Shown here: piece after piece, positions 1 through 10,432 of the stretch
Layout: each line of letters begins with the position of its first letter
How positions within the stretch are numbered: position 1 is the stretch's first letter
Source of the DNA: an uncultured virus (IMG/VR IMGVR_UViG_2639762883_000003)
Lineage: Duplodnaviria; Heunggongvirae; Uroviricota; Caudoviricetes
IMG/VR virus record: IMGVR_UViG_2639762883_000003
Strand: one strand, 5' to 3'
Length of the DNA: 64,000 nt
The notes under the pieces: generated by a model
Database searches by the model: none
Seen by the model: only the letters and a program-made list of their open reading frames with translations
What the model was told of the DNA's origin: nothing
Program-made: the position numbers and the translations under genes

Positions 1-72
1 CCTATGGATCGAGTTCCATGGTTAGCTAGTCAAACTGATATGCTAGCTGATGACTGGGTCGTAGTCGAATAA
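1..72 (+). CDS. 3' end of DUF2829 / Tad2-like protein (partial)
   Basis: Frame 1 reads PMDRVPWLASQTDMLADDWVVVE*, near-identical to 42225-42296. Confidence 0.85.
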   Translation, partial: PMDRVPWLASQTDMLADDWVVVE

Positions 73-112
73 CGATGACTAATTCCAATTAACGGAGGTG
101 TGGTGGTATGTA

Positions 113-991
113 ATGACAGAAAAGTATGAGCAGGCTGAACAAGACTATATGGCTGGTATGAAGTACAAGGACATTGCTACTAAGTATGATGTTAGCTTAA
201 ATACTGTCAAGTCGTGGAAGGGCCGTTATGGCTGGCAACGTGGCAGTGCTAAAAAGAATGCACCCACTAAGTCAAAAAGGGTGCACACAAAAGCCAAAAA
301 GGGTGCACCTAAAATAATCGATGAACTAGAGGAAAATAGTAAGCTTACAGATAAGCAGAAACTGTTCTGCCTCTTTTATTTGCAACGTTTTAATGCAACA
401 TGGGCTTACATGAAAGCTTATAAATGTGATTATGATACTGCCATGCGTTCAGGAAGTAGACTGTTGAGAAATGTTGAGGTTAAGAACCAACTTGCGGAGC
501 TGAAGCAGCAGCAGCGTTCCGAGCTACTAGTAACGATTGATAACATCACTCACGAGTACGCTAAGCAGGCGTTTGCTAGCCTTGGTGATGTACTAGATTA
601 CAAGGTACACGAAGAATTAGTGACAGGCACCGATGGCAACGTGTTCCTTGATACTGATGATAACCCAGTCAAAAAACACGTTGCTGATATATACTTGAAA
701 CCGAGTAATCAGATTGATTGGTCATTGGTGCAGGATATTCATCGCGGTAAGGATGGCTTGGTGGTCAAGTTGTACGATAAGCAAAAGGCATTGGATAGCT
801 TGTCTAAGTTGATTGGTGCTGACGATGATAATGTTAATGAGCAACGGATTCGCAAGCTTAAAGCTGACGCGGATATTGCGGAGGCTAAAGCTCGCATTAT
901 GAATGCCTCAACCGATAGTACTGAAGCAAAAGTTTCTGAATATCTGGATAAATTGGATGACGTCCTAGGTGGTGATAGCGATGGCAATTAG
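113..991 (+). CDS. terS: Terminase small subunit with N-terminal HTH
   Basis: [61 protein letters not shown]; directly upstream of TerL. Confidence 0.9.
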   Translation: MTEKYEQAEQDYMAGMKYKDIATKYDVSLNTVKSWKGRYGWQRGSAKKNAPTKSKRVHTKAKKGAPKIIDELEENSKLTDKQKLFCLFYLQRFNATWAYMKAYKCDYDTAMRSGSRLLRNVEVKNQLAELKQQQRSELLVTIDNITHEYAKQAFASLGDVLDYKVHEELVTGTDGNVFLDTDDNPVKKHVADIYLKPSNQIDWSLVQDIHRGKDGLVVKLYDKQKALDSLSKLIGADDDNVNEQRIRKLKADADIAEAKARIMNASTDSTEAKVSEYLDKLDDVLGGDSDGN

Positions 992-2219
992 TGAGCTATA
1001 TACGCCGAAACAAGTTCAAGTGCTGAAAACCTTGCGGCGGACGGACTGGCGACTACTGATAAACTATGGTGCTGTTCGGTCTGGTAAAACTGTCGTTGAT
1101 AATGACGCCTTCTTGATGGAACTGCGGCGTGTTCGTCAGGTTGCTGACAAATTAGGGGTCAAGGAACCAATGTACATTTTAGCGGGGTATTCAAGCAAGT
1201 CGCTACAAAACAACGTATTACAGGAACTGACGAATAAATATGACATTAACTTTCAATTTGACAAACATAACTCTTTCACACTGTTTGGCGTGAAGATTGT
1301 GCAGACGTTTACCGGGTCCATTGCAGGGCTGGGTGCCATTCGTGGGATGACCTCGTTTGGGGCGTATATTAACGAAGCTAGCCTTGCTAATGAAGAGGTA
1401 TTCAATGAAATCCTTAATCGGTGCTCAGCACAAGGTGCGCGAATTATTTGCGATACGAACCCAGACGTTCCGACTCACTACTTGAAAGCCAGCTATATTG
1501 ATAACGATGATCCTAAAGCAGGAATCGTTAGTTTCCATTTTACAATCGATGATAATACCTTTTTGCCCCCACAATACGTTGAACACCAAAAAGCGGGTAC
1601 GCCGTCCGGAATGTTTTACGACCGTGCAATACTCGGTCTATGGGTATCTGGTGAAGGTATGGTGTATAAAGATTTTAATAAGGACGAAATGATTATTCCA
1701 CGGGCTCAATTGCCAGCAGACTTAACTTACTATGCAGGAGTCGACTGGGGCTATGAACATAAAGGAACGATTGTTGTAATGGCTGATGATCGAGTTGGCA
1801 ATACTTATTTGATTGAAGAACATACACGTCAGTTTGAAGAGATTGATTACTGGGTAGAGATTGCAAAAGATATTCAGCGTCGCTATGGCCGAAATGTTAA
1901 GTTTTGGGCTGATAGCGCGAGACCCGAACACGTTGCACGCTTCCAACGTGAAGGGCTCAAGGCGTTCAATGCTAAAAAATCAGTTTTATCAGGAATCGAG
2001 TCGGTGGCTAAGTGCATGAAGCAAGGCCACTTTTTTGTTATCAAAGAAGCGATTGATGCCTTCTTAGATGAAATCTACCAGTATGTCTGGGACGAGGCTA
2101 CGGGCTTACCCGTCAAGCTCAACGATGACGTGATGGACGCGTTACGGTATGCCGTCTATAACACACATGAACGGCTCAAGGCACGGACAATTAAGAAGCC
2201 AAAGGGATTAAGAGGATAG
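981..2219 (+). CDS. terL: Terminase large subunit, PBSX family
   Basis: Walker [13 protein letters not shown] Walker B, DTNP, nuclease motifs VDWGY and DDVMDALRY. Confidence 0.95.
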   Translation: MAISELYTPKQVQVLKTLRRTDWRLLINYGAVRSGKTVVDNDAFLMELRRVRQVADKLGVKEPMYILAGYSSKSLQNNVLQELTNKYDINFQFDKHNSFTLFGVKIVQTFTGSIAGLGAIRGMTSFGAYINEASLANEEVFNEILNRCSAQGARIICDTNPDVPTHYLKASYIDNDDPKAGIVSFHFTIDDNTFLPPQYVEHQKAGTPSGMFYDRAILGLWVSGEGMVYKDFNKDEMIIPRAQLPADLTYYAGVDWGYEHKGTIVVMADDRVGNTYLIEEHTRQFEEIDYWVEIAKDIQRRYGRNVKFWADSARPEHVARFQREGLKAFNAKKSVLSGIESVAKCMKQGHFFVIKEAIDAFLDEIYQYVWDEATGLPVKLNDDVMDALRYAVYNTHERLKARTIKKPKGLRG

Positions 2220-2230
2220 GAGGTGAGCGG

Positions 2231-3739
2231 ATGCAGTATGATTTGAACAAGAAGCGCGGGTCCAACGTTGCGATTGACCGTGAATTGGCTGGCAATATTG
2301 AAAACCCTAGCTTTGATGTAATTAACTATGCTATCAATCAACAACAGCAACGTATTGACCGTTATAACATGCTGGAACACTACTATGAGGGTAATCAGCA
2401 CATCTTAAGCCGAAATCTTGAGATGTCGACTAAGTTGGATCGTGCAGATGAAAAGGTAATGACGAACCACGCCAAATACATTACTGACATGATTACCGGC
2501 TTTACAACTGGTAATCCGATATCCATTTCACCGGCGAACGGTAAGGATATTAAAGCCATTAAGGATGCTCAGAACCAAATGGATATTGATTCGCATAATA
2601 CGGAGATGGAGAAAGATTTAAGCGTGTTTGGGTGTGCCTATGAGCTGCTATACATCAAAAAGGTGTCAGACACAACTACCGAGTTGGCAATTGAAAAAAT
2701 TGATCCGCGCGGCTGTGTGCTGGTAACGGATGACACGTTGGATAAAAATCCGCTGTTTGGTATTTACTACGTGGAAAAGAAGGACCTGCTTGGTAATGCT
2801 AAGGGTTATTTGATTACTGTCTATACGGCCCACTGGATTATTCAGTATCGAACTAAGACAGGACGAGTGCTATCAGATGCTAATTTGGCAAGCAAACCTA
2901 AGGCCATTCAACATTATTTTAATGGTGTCCCACTTATTGAGTATCGTAATAACGAAGAGCGTCAAGGTGATTTTGAGCAAACGATTAGCCTAATCAACGC
3001 TTATAACGAATTACAGTCAGACCGTATCACCGATAAAAAGAACTTCGTGGATGCCTTGCTGGTAGTCTATGGCTTTACGCTAGATGAGGGCGAGGACGGT
3101 GAAGAAGCTAACTTGAAGGACGGTATTCTAGAAGCGCCTGGCAAAGGCGACCAGGGTGCTAGCGTTGAATGGTTGACTAAGAACTTTGACGAATCACAGT
3201 TACAAGTACTTGTTAAGTCGATTAAGGATGACATTCATCAAACGTCTTACGTCCCTAACATGAATGACGAAAACTTTGCTGGGACGATTAGCGGTGAAGC
3301 TATGAAATACAAGCTGTTCGGCTTACTCCAATTGTTAGCGACTAAGCAGCGATACTTAACGCGGGGTATTCGGCAGAGACTACGCTTAATGCAGAATATT
3401 ATGACGTTTAAAGGCCAGTCGGTAGACGCTTCTGGGGCAAATATTAATATAGTTCCTGATATTCCTGTCAATATGGCAAATGTCATTAGCAATATCAAGA
3501 ATGCTGAAGGTGTCATTCCGCAATTGGTATCACTCGGGTGGTTGCCTGGGACAAATGACCCACAAGAGTTAATTAAGATGCTGGATCAGGAAAAGGAGAA
3601 AGCACTCAAGCTACAGCAGAAAGCTATGGGCGGCGAGCCTGCCACAGATAACGAGGAGGTAACTGCGGATGATTCTGGCAACGTTTCAATTAAACAAAAA
3701 GCAGGTAGTGAGTTATCAGATAACGGGCCACGCGAATAG
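2231..3739 (+). CDS. Portal protein, SPP1 gp6 family
   Basis: YYEGNQHI, NHAKYITD, VPLIEYRNNEERQGDFE, SGEAMKYKL motifs; position after TerL. Confidence 0.92.
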   Translation: MQYDLNKKRGSNVAIDRELAGNIENPSFDVINYAINQQQQRIDRYNMLEHYYEGNQHILSRNLEMSTKLDRADEKVMTNHAKYITDMITGFTTGNPISISPANGKDIKAIKDAQNQMDIDSHNTEMEKDLSVFGCAYELLYIKKVSDTTTELAIEKIDPRGCVLVTDDTLDKNPLFGIYYVEKKDLLGNAKGYLITVYTAHWIIQYRTKTGRVLSDANLASKPKAIQHYFNGVPLIEYRNNEERQGDFEQTISLINAYNELQSDRITDKKNFVDALLVVYGFTLDEGEDGEEANLKDGILEAPGKGDQGASVEWLTKNFDESQLQVLVKSIKDDIHQTSYVPNMNDENFAGTISGEAMKYKLFGLLQLLATKQRYLTRGIRQRLRLMQNIMTFKGQSVDASGANINIVPDIPVNMANVISNIKNAEGVIPQLVSLGWLPGTNDPQELIKMLDQEKEKALKLQQKAMGGEPATDNEEVTADDSGNVSIKQKAGSELSDNGPRE

Positions 3740-3965
3740 TGCTATTAAGGGCCATGACCTAGTTTGTGCTGCTGTTTCGGTGCTTGGCCAAGCCATCACT
3801 AATGAGCTATCTAACGCCACTATTAAAGAAAATGGTGGCTTGTTTATTGGATTGATTGAGCCCAGTGCTGATAACAAAGTTCTGTGTGAGACCTTATTAC
3901 ACGGACTACAAGATATTTCAGCACAATATCCTCAGAATTTGCAAGTGGTGGTGAAGGGTAATTAA
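3669..3965 (+). CDS. prp: Phage-encoded Prp-family (ribosomal L27-processing, YsxB/DUF464) cysteine protease
   Basis: ITGHA...DLVCAAVS motif (His21/Cys33), C-terminal QYPQNLQV, GAGGAGGT RBS at 3653-3660, overlaps portal 3' end. Confidence 0.85.
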   Translation: MILATFQLNKKQVVSYQITGHANSAIKGHDLVCAAVSVLGQAITNELSNATIKENGGLFIGLIEPSADNKVLCETLLHGLQDISAQYPQNLQVVVKGN

Positions 3966-3972
3966 CTCAGAA

Positions 3973-4095
3973 TTGAATAAAATCATTAAAACGATTGGTG
4001 TATTTGTGATCGTGATAATTAAAATGCTTGGATTAGTTTCGCTTGGATGGAAGCCAATTACAGGCATTTTAATTTTGCTGTATTTGATTTTATAA
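3973..4095 (+). CDS. Small hydrophobic membrane peptide (~40 aa), not in ORF track
   Basis: LNKIIKTIGVFVIVIIKMLGLVSLGWKPITGILILLYLIL*, fills the gap between prp and muF; start uncertain. Confidence 0.5.
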   Translation: MNKIIKTIGVFVIVIIKMLGLVSLGWKPITGILILLYLIL

Positions 4096-4111
4096 GCTCG
4101 GAGGTGTAGGA

Positions 4112-5365
4112 GTGGCGGATGACAAACGCAAGTTAAGTTACTGGCAACTGCGAGCCGTTCAGAGCGAACAGAAATCACATGATGCTGCAACCAAACAAGC
4201 GACTATCATTGCAAGGGCGTACATGCGTGCTCAGAACTATTTGACTGGTGAGGTATCACAGATATACAAACGATATTTTACGGACGGTAAAGCGACGGAG
4301 GCCGAGGCACAACAGATTCTAAACACCAATGTTAGTCCGACTGAGTTAGTAACGTTACGGGCCCTGGCTGATAATGTCAGTGATAAGGAGTCAAAGAAGC
4401 AAGTGACTAACTACTTATCACAGATGGCAGCTAAGGGCCGTATTACCAGATTGGAAGAGCTCAAGGCTAAGAGCTACATTGCGGTGAAACAAGCGGCATC
4501 TGTTGAGATTGAAAAGTCCACGGACCTTTATACCAAGGTAATTCAAGAAGCACTTGATCAGGCAACTAACGAGAGTATTATAGGTGGCTTTGATAAAGAC
4601 GTCATTCTTCCGGGCGTGAGCGCTGATAGTCAGCCTAAAATGCACACTAGAACTATCTTTGACCCTAAAACGGGTAAAGAGATGGTAACAGTTAAAGTGA
4701 ACCCAGACGAACCAATAACACGGTTTAAAGAGTTGTCAGGGAAGTACGTTAAGGCTACATTAGATGCGCCGTTTAAAGGCAAGAACTACTCTAAACGGAT
4801 TTGGCATAACACGGACCAACTAGCCGACCGACTTAGTGAACTATTCACTGCACAGCAGATGAGTGGTATGCGTGAGCGTGACATGGTACAAGCTTTAGCT
4901 AAGGAGTTTGGAACTAGCAGTTACAATACGCGACGATTGATTAGAACAGAAGCCAACTACTTTCATAATCAAACGAAGCTCAATGAATGGAAACGACGCG
5001 GGGTTAAAAAGTACCAACTGGTTGCCGTGCTGGATATGCGGACTTCAAAAATTTGTCGAAATATTGATGGGCGAATATTTAATGTGAATGAAGCAGAAGT
5101 AAACGTAAATTTTCCACCGTTGCATCCGTTTTGCCGAACTGTTGCGATCATCTATTTGTCAGATAGCAAGTACATGATGCAACGGACGGCGAATGATCCA
5201 ATTACTGGTGAAAAGCTCAAGCTGAAGCCTGATGCTACTTATCAGGATTGGCGCCAGGCAGTAATCTTAAAGCATGGTCCGCAGGCTTTCGATAGTTTAG
5301 ATAATCGGGTTGGCAATCGTCGGTATGATACTACCCAGTATGATGAATACAAACCGCCACGATGA
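4112..5365 (+). CDS. Minor head protein, SPP1 gp7 / MuF family
   Basis: YSKRIW, RLIRTEANY, LDMRTSKICRNIDG, PPLHPFCRT motifs. Confidence 0.9.
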   Translation: MADDKRKLSYWQLRAVQSEQKSHDAATKQATIIARAYMRAQNYLTGEVSQIYKRYFTDGKATEAEAQQILNTNVSPTELVTLRALADNVSDKESKKQVTNYLSQMAAKGRITRLEELKAKSYIAVKQAASVEIEKSTDLYTKVIQEALDQATNESIIGGFDKDVILPGVSADSQPKMHTRTIFDPKTGKEMVTVKVNPDEPITRFKELSGKYVKATLDAPFKGKNYSKRIWHNTDQLADRLSELFTAQQMSGMRERDMVQALAKEFGTSSYNTRRLIRTEANYFHNQTKLNEWKRRGVKKYQLVAVLDMRTSKICRNIDGRIFNVNEAEVNVNFPPLHPFCRTVAIIYLSDSKYMMQRTANDPITGEKLKLKPDATYQDWRQAVILKHGPQAFDSLDNRVGNRRYDTTQYDEYKPPR

Positions 5366-5476
5366 TCCTTTCGACAATGTTCCATCAGGATTAGCATGGA
5401 TGACCTGAGCACGTCTCTAAACTACTCAAACTAAATAGCATGCGTGGGTCTGATAATTACGCCACGGTCAATTTAG

Positions 5477-5521
5477 CACAATGTGTAGGACTCTCAGAGT
5501 AATGCACGGGGTGCTTTTTTT
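5477..5521 (+). terminator. Possible intrinsic terminator/attenuator upstream of scaffold gene
   Basis: GCAC...GTGC imperfect stem followed by T run at 5515-5521. Confidence 0.4.
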
Positions 5522-5566
5522 GTGGTCTGAGTTATCGGAAATTCGTGGGCGTGGAGGAATTCAATT

Positions 5567-6244
5567 ATGAAGAAGCTACTTAAACTAAAGATGGATTTAC
5601 AGATGTTTGCTGACGGTGGTAATGGAACTGGCGGAGATGAAGGTGGCAATCAGACGGCTGATAGTACGCCTAACACAACCGACGCCAATCAAAATAGCAA
5701 CAATGACGACTCTGACCAAGACAATCAGGCAGATACGCCGTTTAAATCGTTTGCTAGTGAAAAGGACTGGCAATCAAGTGTTGATAAGCTGATTGCTTCG
5801 GCAATTAAAACACATGATGAAAAACAGGCTAGTGAAGCCCAGCAGCAAAAAGATTACGACAAGATGACTGACTTGGAAAAGGCTAACTATGATAAAGACC
5901 AATTAACCAAGCAACTTGCTGAATCACAGCGCCATGGAACTATTGTTGAAAATAAAGCCAAAGTTACGGCCCGACTGGGTGCAGACGATTTGCCGACAGC
6001 GCTGATTGCGGCTTTTGGTGATGATGTTTTAGCAGATGATAAAGGCATTGAAGCGGCTTACACTGCAATCAGCAAGGCATTTACAGAGAGTTTACAGCAA
6101 GCAATCGATAAGCGAATCGCAAGCAGTGGGACTACATTGCCGGGTGCTGATACATCCGCAAATAAATCTGAAGGCGCAACAGCAGCCGAAAAATTAAATA
6201 ACTCGCAAAAGCCAGCAAAGTCCAGTTTATGGGCGACAAAATAG
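5567..6244 (+). CDS. Capsid scaffolding protein (DUF4355-like) with Prp-type leader
   Basis: N-terminus MKKLLKLKMDLQMFADG, acidic low-complexity region, KMTDLEK; position before capsid genes. Confidence 0.85.
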   Translation: MKKLLKLKMDLQMFADGGNGTGGDEGGNQTADSTPNTTDANQNSNNDDSDQDNQADTPFKSFASEKDWQSSVDKLIASAIKTHDEKQASEAQQQKDYDKMTDLEKANYDKDQLTKQLAESQRHGTIVENKAKVTARLGADDLPTALIAAFGDDVLADDKGIEAAYTAISKAFTESLQQAIDKRIASSGTTLPGADTSANKSEGATAAEKLNNSQKPAKSSLWATK

Positions 6245-6258
6245 GGAGGTACTAGATT

Positions 6259-6609
6259 ATGGCTTATGTATTTGATAAAGGAACAGTAGAACAAAAGAAT
6301 TTCATGGCATCTGAAAAGTTCGTATCATTCTCACGGCAGGTTGATGACACCAGTTACGCGGTGAAGACGGATGCTTTTGGACATAAAGTTATTCCAGCCG
6401 GCACGATTTATCCAACTAATGACGCTAAGGCGGAAGGAATCACGATTAACGAAGTGGACGTTACACATGGTCCTCAAATGGTTGGCGTGATTGTTGAAGG
6501 CTATTTATTTGGCCAACGCTTACCAGTAGCGCCAACAGCTGAGGCTATCACGGCATTAAAGAAGATTACTTTCACTGATACGGACGCCGCCGCCGTATCA
6601 CAAGCCTAA
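6259..6609 (+). CDS. Head decoration protein
   Basis: 116 aa, KVIPAGT...RLP pattern, lies between scaffold and capsid. Confidence 0.7.
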   Translation: MAYVFDKGTVEQKNFMASEKFVSFSRQVDDTSYAVKTDAFGHKVIPAGTIYPTNDAKAEGITINEVDVTHGPQMVGVIVEGYLFGQRLPVAPTAEAITALKKITFTDTDAAAVSQA

Positions 6610-6628
6610 TTAAAGGAGGAGAAAATAA

Positions 6629-7651
6629 ATGGCTCAAATTTCAGATTTATTCACGCAACATGATTTAATCGATTTTTCATTGAATCGGCAGTATCCAGCG
6701 ATGCAAGGTGATGAACTATTCCCAGCAATCAAAGTCAACTCACTAACTGTTGATATCTTGAAACGTCAAAATCGAATTCCAGTGATTGCATCCTATGCGG
6801 CTTTTGATAGTGAAGCCGAAATTGGCAGTCGGTCTGCCTCGGGCGCTGCCATCGAACTGGCTTTGATTAAGCGCAAGATGCAGATTAAAGAAAAAGATTT
6901 GTATGCGATGCTCAATCCGCGGACGCCTGCAGAAGCTAGCTACTTGCAACAACATGTTTATAACGACTTTGATGTGCTCAATCAAGGCGTTTTAGCACGA
7001 ATTGAAAAGACCGCTATGGACGTTTTAGCAACAGGTAAGACTATTTTGCCAGATGAAAGTGGTAAACTTGCTGTCCAACTTGATTATCAAGTTCCGACTG
7101 AACATCAGGAAGCTTTGACTGGAGATGCTACATGGGATAACGGCGACGCGGATATCCTTGGTGATATTACGCGCTGGTGCGATAAGATGGATATTACACC
7201 AACCCGGGCGCTAACTAGTCGGAAGATTTATCGATTGATTACGACTAATACCAAAGTTCTACAAGCCGTGTATGGTAACTCTACTCGGGTACTTGGACAA
7301 GCCGACTTTGACACCTTCATGCAGGCACAAGGTTTACCAATTTTTCGGACTTATGATCAAAAATATACCCAAGTCGGAAAAGATGGCAAGATTACCAAGA
7401 GTCGTTACTTCCCAGAAAATCGACTTGTCTTAATGAACGATGACCCGATTGGTAATAAAGTGTTTGGACCAACTCCAGAAGAGTTAGCACAATTCAGTGG
7501 CCCAGCGCAAATTAACGCTGTGGGTAATGTTTACGATATGATTTATACCGAAACTAATGATCCAATTGGGACTTGGGAAAAAGCCTCAGCAGTTGCGCTT
7601 CCAGCGTTTGCCGCGGCGGATGAGGTATTTCAAGCTCAGGTTTTAGCCTAG
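6629..7651 (+). CDS. Major capsid protein (lambda gpE-like family)
   Basis: 340 aa, LFP..K, FDSEA, DYQVP, NDP motifs; position. Confidence 0.85.
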   Translation: MAQISDLFTQHDLIDFSLNRQYPAMQGDELFPAIKVNSLTVDILKRQNRIPVIASYAAFDSEAEIGSRSASGAAIELALIKRKMQIKEKDLYAMLNPRTPAEASYLQQHVYNDFDVLNQGVLARIEKTAMDVLATGKTILPDESGKLAVQLDYQVPTEHQEALTGDATWDNGDADILGDITRWCDKMDITPTRALTSRKIYRLITTNTKVLQAVYGNSTRVLGQADFDTFMQAQGLPIFRTYDQKYTQVGKDGKITKSRYFPENRLVLMNDDPIGNKVFGPTPEELAQFSGPAQINAVGNVYDMIYTETNDPIGTWEKASAVALPAFAAADEVFQAQVLA

Positions 7652-7663
7652 AGGTGATTGATA

Positions 7664-7840
7664 ATGAAGGTTCGCGTTAAAGATTACCCAATTCGGTATA
7701 AAGATACTCGGTATAAAAAAGGTGATGAGCTCAGCATTACGCAAGACGCGTTCAACGATGAGCTTTTTGTTTGTCTTGATAAGCAGAAGGACGAGAAAAC
7801 TGCCGATAATGCTCAGTTAGAAACAGACGACGAAGAATAG
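7664..7840 (+). CDS. Small head-associated protein
   Basis: PIRYKDTRYKKGDEL pattern; GAGGTG RBS; after capsid. Confidence 0.55.
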   Translation: MKVRVKDYPIRYKDTRYKKGDELSITQDAFNDELFVCLDKQKDEKTADNAQLETDDEE

Positions 7841-7851
7841 AGGATGATCGT

Positions 7852-8184
7852 ATGGCTAAACCAAGCCCACCAGATAAGGCGGGACAATTGACAAGACTAT
7901 ATACGCGATTAGGTGTTGAGAAAGACACGCCGGATGCTGCGGTGGTTGATGACATCTTTGATGATGCTGTTCAAACGTGCTTGGATTATACCCGGTCTTC
8001 ACTCTCGACACCGATTCTAATTCAGGCAAAACGGCTTGCCATTATCATGTACAACGAGCAAGGAACAGAAGGCGAAGCATCGCGGTCAGAAGGCGGCGTT
8101 TCTCAATCGTTTGAACTGGGACTACCTAACATAATTAAAACCGCGCTAGCACCTTACCGAGTCGCGAAAACGAGGCGATTCTAA
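7852..8184 (+). CDS. Head-tail connector (gp15/gp6-like)
   Basis: YNEQGTEGEASRSEGGVSQSF motif. Confidence 0.85.
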   Translation: MAKPSPPDKAGQLTRLYTRLGVEKDTPDAAVVDDIFDDAVQTCLDYTRSSLSTPILIQAKRLAIIMYNEQGTEGEASRSEGGVSQSFELGLPNIIKTALAPYRVAKTRRF

Positions 8185-8531
8185 TGCGCCTTAGACCAAC
8201 AGACCTGACAACTGTTTATTTACGACAACAACAATCAGGTCACGATGATGAAGGTAATGTCATTACGGCGGGATGGAGCAATCCAATTGCAGTGAGGATG
8301 AACATTCAAGCTGCTGGCGGTTCAGTGAATGCGCAAATCTGGGGCAAAGACCTTAAGTACATTAAATCTGGTAAGTATCAAGGTAATCAGATCAATGAAG
8401 GTCAACAAGAAAATTGGGGTGTTTGTGTCAATGTTACTAAAGATAGCGAGCCAGATTACGTTATCAATTCGATACAAACATTCAGCACCCATAAAAATAT
8501 CACTTTAGAGCAACGTAAACGAGGCGAATAG
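8184..8531 (+). CDS. Head closure protein
   Basis: Position and size; translationally coupled. Confidence 0.65.
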   Translation: MRLRPTDLTTVYLRQQQSGHDDEGNVITAGWSNPIAVRMNIQAAGGSVNAQIWGKDLKYIKSGKYQGNQINEGQQENWGVCVNVTKDSEPDYVINSIQTFSTHKNITLEQRKRGE

Positions 8532-8532
8532 G

Positions 8533-9084
8533 ATGGCTGAGGTTGAATGGCGTGGCAGTGATAAGCTGAAAGCTCAGCTCAAAAAAATGCCCAGTGTGGT
8601 TCACGATGCCATCTGGGATGCTACTTTTGATGTTGTTGAGAAAGCAGAGGGCTATGCAGTCAAAGAACTTCAATCCAGCGTTAAGTATGGAAATGGTGAG
8701 TTGGCTCGAAGTATTAAATATGAGGTTGTCGATAGTGATGGCAAGATTGTCGGTCGTGTCTGGTCCGATGACCCAGTAGCGCTATTTCGTGAGCTCGGTA
8801 CTGGACGAGTGGGTGAGGAGTCGCAAAAAGATTTACCCGATGGATTTACACCAGTGTACAGGCAAACGCCTTGGTTCATTCCTGCTGATGACGTTGATAC
8901 TGACCTGAGTGAACTATATGGTATGCCTAAAATCGAAATCGACGGACACACATTCTATCGGACAAGCGGTCAACCCGCCCGCCAGTTTTTAACCCCCGCC
9001 GTCAAACAAGCCAGTCGTGAGGCACCAGAGATGATTAAGCAGAGTGTGGAGGCCGCACTCCATAACAAATTAGGGGGTAGTTGA
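8533..9084 (+). CDS. HK97 gp10-like tail component
   Basis: GELARSI, ELGTG, GQPARQFLTPA motifs. Confidence 0.8.
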   Translation: MAEVEWRGSDKLKAQLKKMPSVVHDAIWDATFDVVEKAEGYAVKELQSSVKYGNGELARSIKYEVVDSDGKIVGRVWSDDPVALFRELGTGRVGEESQKDLPDGFTPVYRQTPWFIPADDVDTDLSELYGMPKIEIDGHTFYRTSGQPARQFLTPAVKQASREAPEMIKQSVEAALHNKLGGS

Positions 9085-9449
9085 TGGTAATTATTAATGT
9101 GAAGTCAGTAGTGTATCAAGCACTAAAGGCTATACCGGAAATTAAACAGGTCTCAACCACGTACCCAGATAATTTAACGGTGTTCCCAATCGCTGTATAC
9201 AACACGGCACATAAAGCCTATTTTCGTGATGCTAATCAGCAAGAGTTGCAAACGGAATGGACGATCACAATTGACCTCTTCTTAAAAGAAGGTAGCACAA
9301 CGGCAATCACGAATAAGCTCATGTCATCATTTGGTGATATGGGCTTTTCAAGCGATGTTGGTGATAGCAATTTAGCGGGTGTGAATCGCACTGTATTACG
9401 ATTTACTGGTGTTGTTGATAACACTAGTCACCGCGTATTTGAAAGTTGA
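9084..9449 (+). CDS. Tail terminator/completion protein
   Basis: FPIAVY motif; position before tail tube. Confidence 0.65.
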   Translation: MVIINVKSVVYQALKAIPEIKQVSTTYPDNLTVFPIAVYNTAHKAYFRDANQQELQTEWTITIDLFLKEGSTTAITNKLMSSFGDMGFSSDVGDSNLAGVNRTVLRFTGVVDNTSHRVFES

Positions 9450-9457
9450 AAGGATGA

Positions 9458-9934
9458 TTGAAATTGAAAAAGAATTTAACAGTATTTGATTTACAACTAT
9501 TTGCTGCAGACGCTAGTGCCGGGCTTGCCGGAACAGGGACCAAGCTTGAAATGTCAGTGGATGGCACTAAGTTTGATGAAATTGGCGGTATTAAGACCGT
9601 TCCTGACATGGGTTCAGACCCAGAAAATATTGATGTGACTGATTTATCAGATACGAAAAAGAAGTCAGTTCCTGGGATTGAAAATACATCAACGTTAGCT
9701 TTTACCTTTGTGTACAAGGGCAGCAACTTCGCGACGGCTTTAACGCACAATGGTGACAATAAGCAATATAAATGGAAGGTCACTTATCCTGATGGGATGA
9801 CAGCTTCTTTCACTGGCTCATATACCGTTAAAATGGGTAACGTTGCTGTCAACGGAGCACTTGAATACACGATTTCGATTATCGTATCGGACGGACCGGA
9901 CTTTGCAACGGCCAGTAGTAGCGCCGGAGCTTAG
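9458..9934 (+). CDS. Major tail (tube) protein with Prp-type leader
   Basis: GTKL..VPDMGSDPENIDVTDL, YPDG motifs; N-terminal DLQLFA. Confidence 0.85.
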   Translation: MKLKKNLTVFDLQLFAADASAGLAGTGTKLEMSVDGTKFDEIGGIKTVPDMGSDPENIDVTDLSDTKKKSVPGIENTSTLAFTFVYKGSNFATALTHNGDNKQYKWKVTYPDGMTASFTGSYTVKMGNVAVNGALEYTISIIVSDGPDFATASSSAGA

Positions 9935-10033
9935 AACCGTCACATTTTATCCAGATAATAATTAACTTGAGTAAGAGACGAGTAGGCCAGCAGGCTGATA
10001 TGAGACGAATAATAAAAATGGAGGAACTACGTT

Positions 10034-10432
10034 ATGACAGTAAAGAAAGCAACTAAGAAGTTTGAAATGGGTGGATTACAACTTGAATTAAAGTTAACAG
10101 GCCGTGATATTTTGAATATTGAAAAACGCTTGGGTAAATCTATGATGTCGCTCTTTATGAGTGCGGATGGCGGAATGAAATTGCCACCATTGAATGAAAT
10201 GCTTATCGTATTGCAAGGTTCGAACCAAACTCACGGCGTTACTGATAACGACATTTTTGCTGCCTTTGAAAAATATTTTGATGAAGGTCATGCCCCAATG
10301 GATTTATTTACAGTGCTAACAGACTTATTCCAGGAATCTGGTTTTTTCGGCAAGACAGCTTCGGCTTCGAAGACGAATACGGAATCGGAAGTCACTCTGG
10401 ACAACGAACCAACGACCGAGACGACACTTTAA
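10034..10432 (+). CDS. Tail assembly chaperone (G-like)
   Basis: Between tube and TMP; slippery T TTT TTC at 10342-10348. Confidence 0.8.
   Translation: MTVKKATKKFEMGGLQLELKLTGRDILNIEKRLGKSMMSLFMSADGGMKLPPLNEMLIVLQGSNQTHGVTDNDIFAAFEKYFDEGHAPMDLFTVLTDLFQESGFFGKTASASKTNTESEVTLDNEPTTETTL

Noticed and set aside
9935..10033. Possible frameshift extension of the P1 tail tube
   Set aside because: No slippery site at the stop and no long open alternative frame
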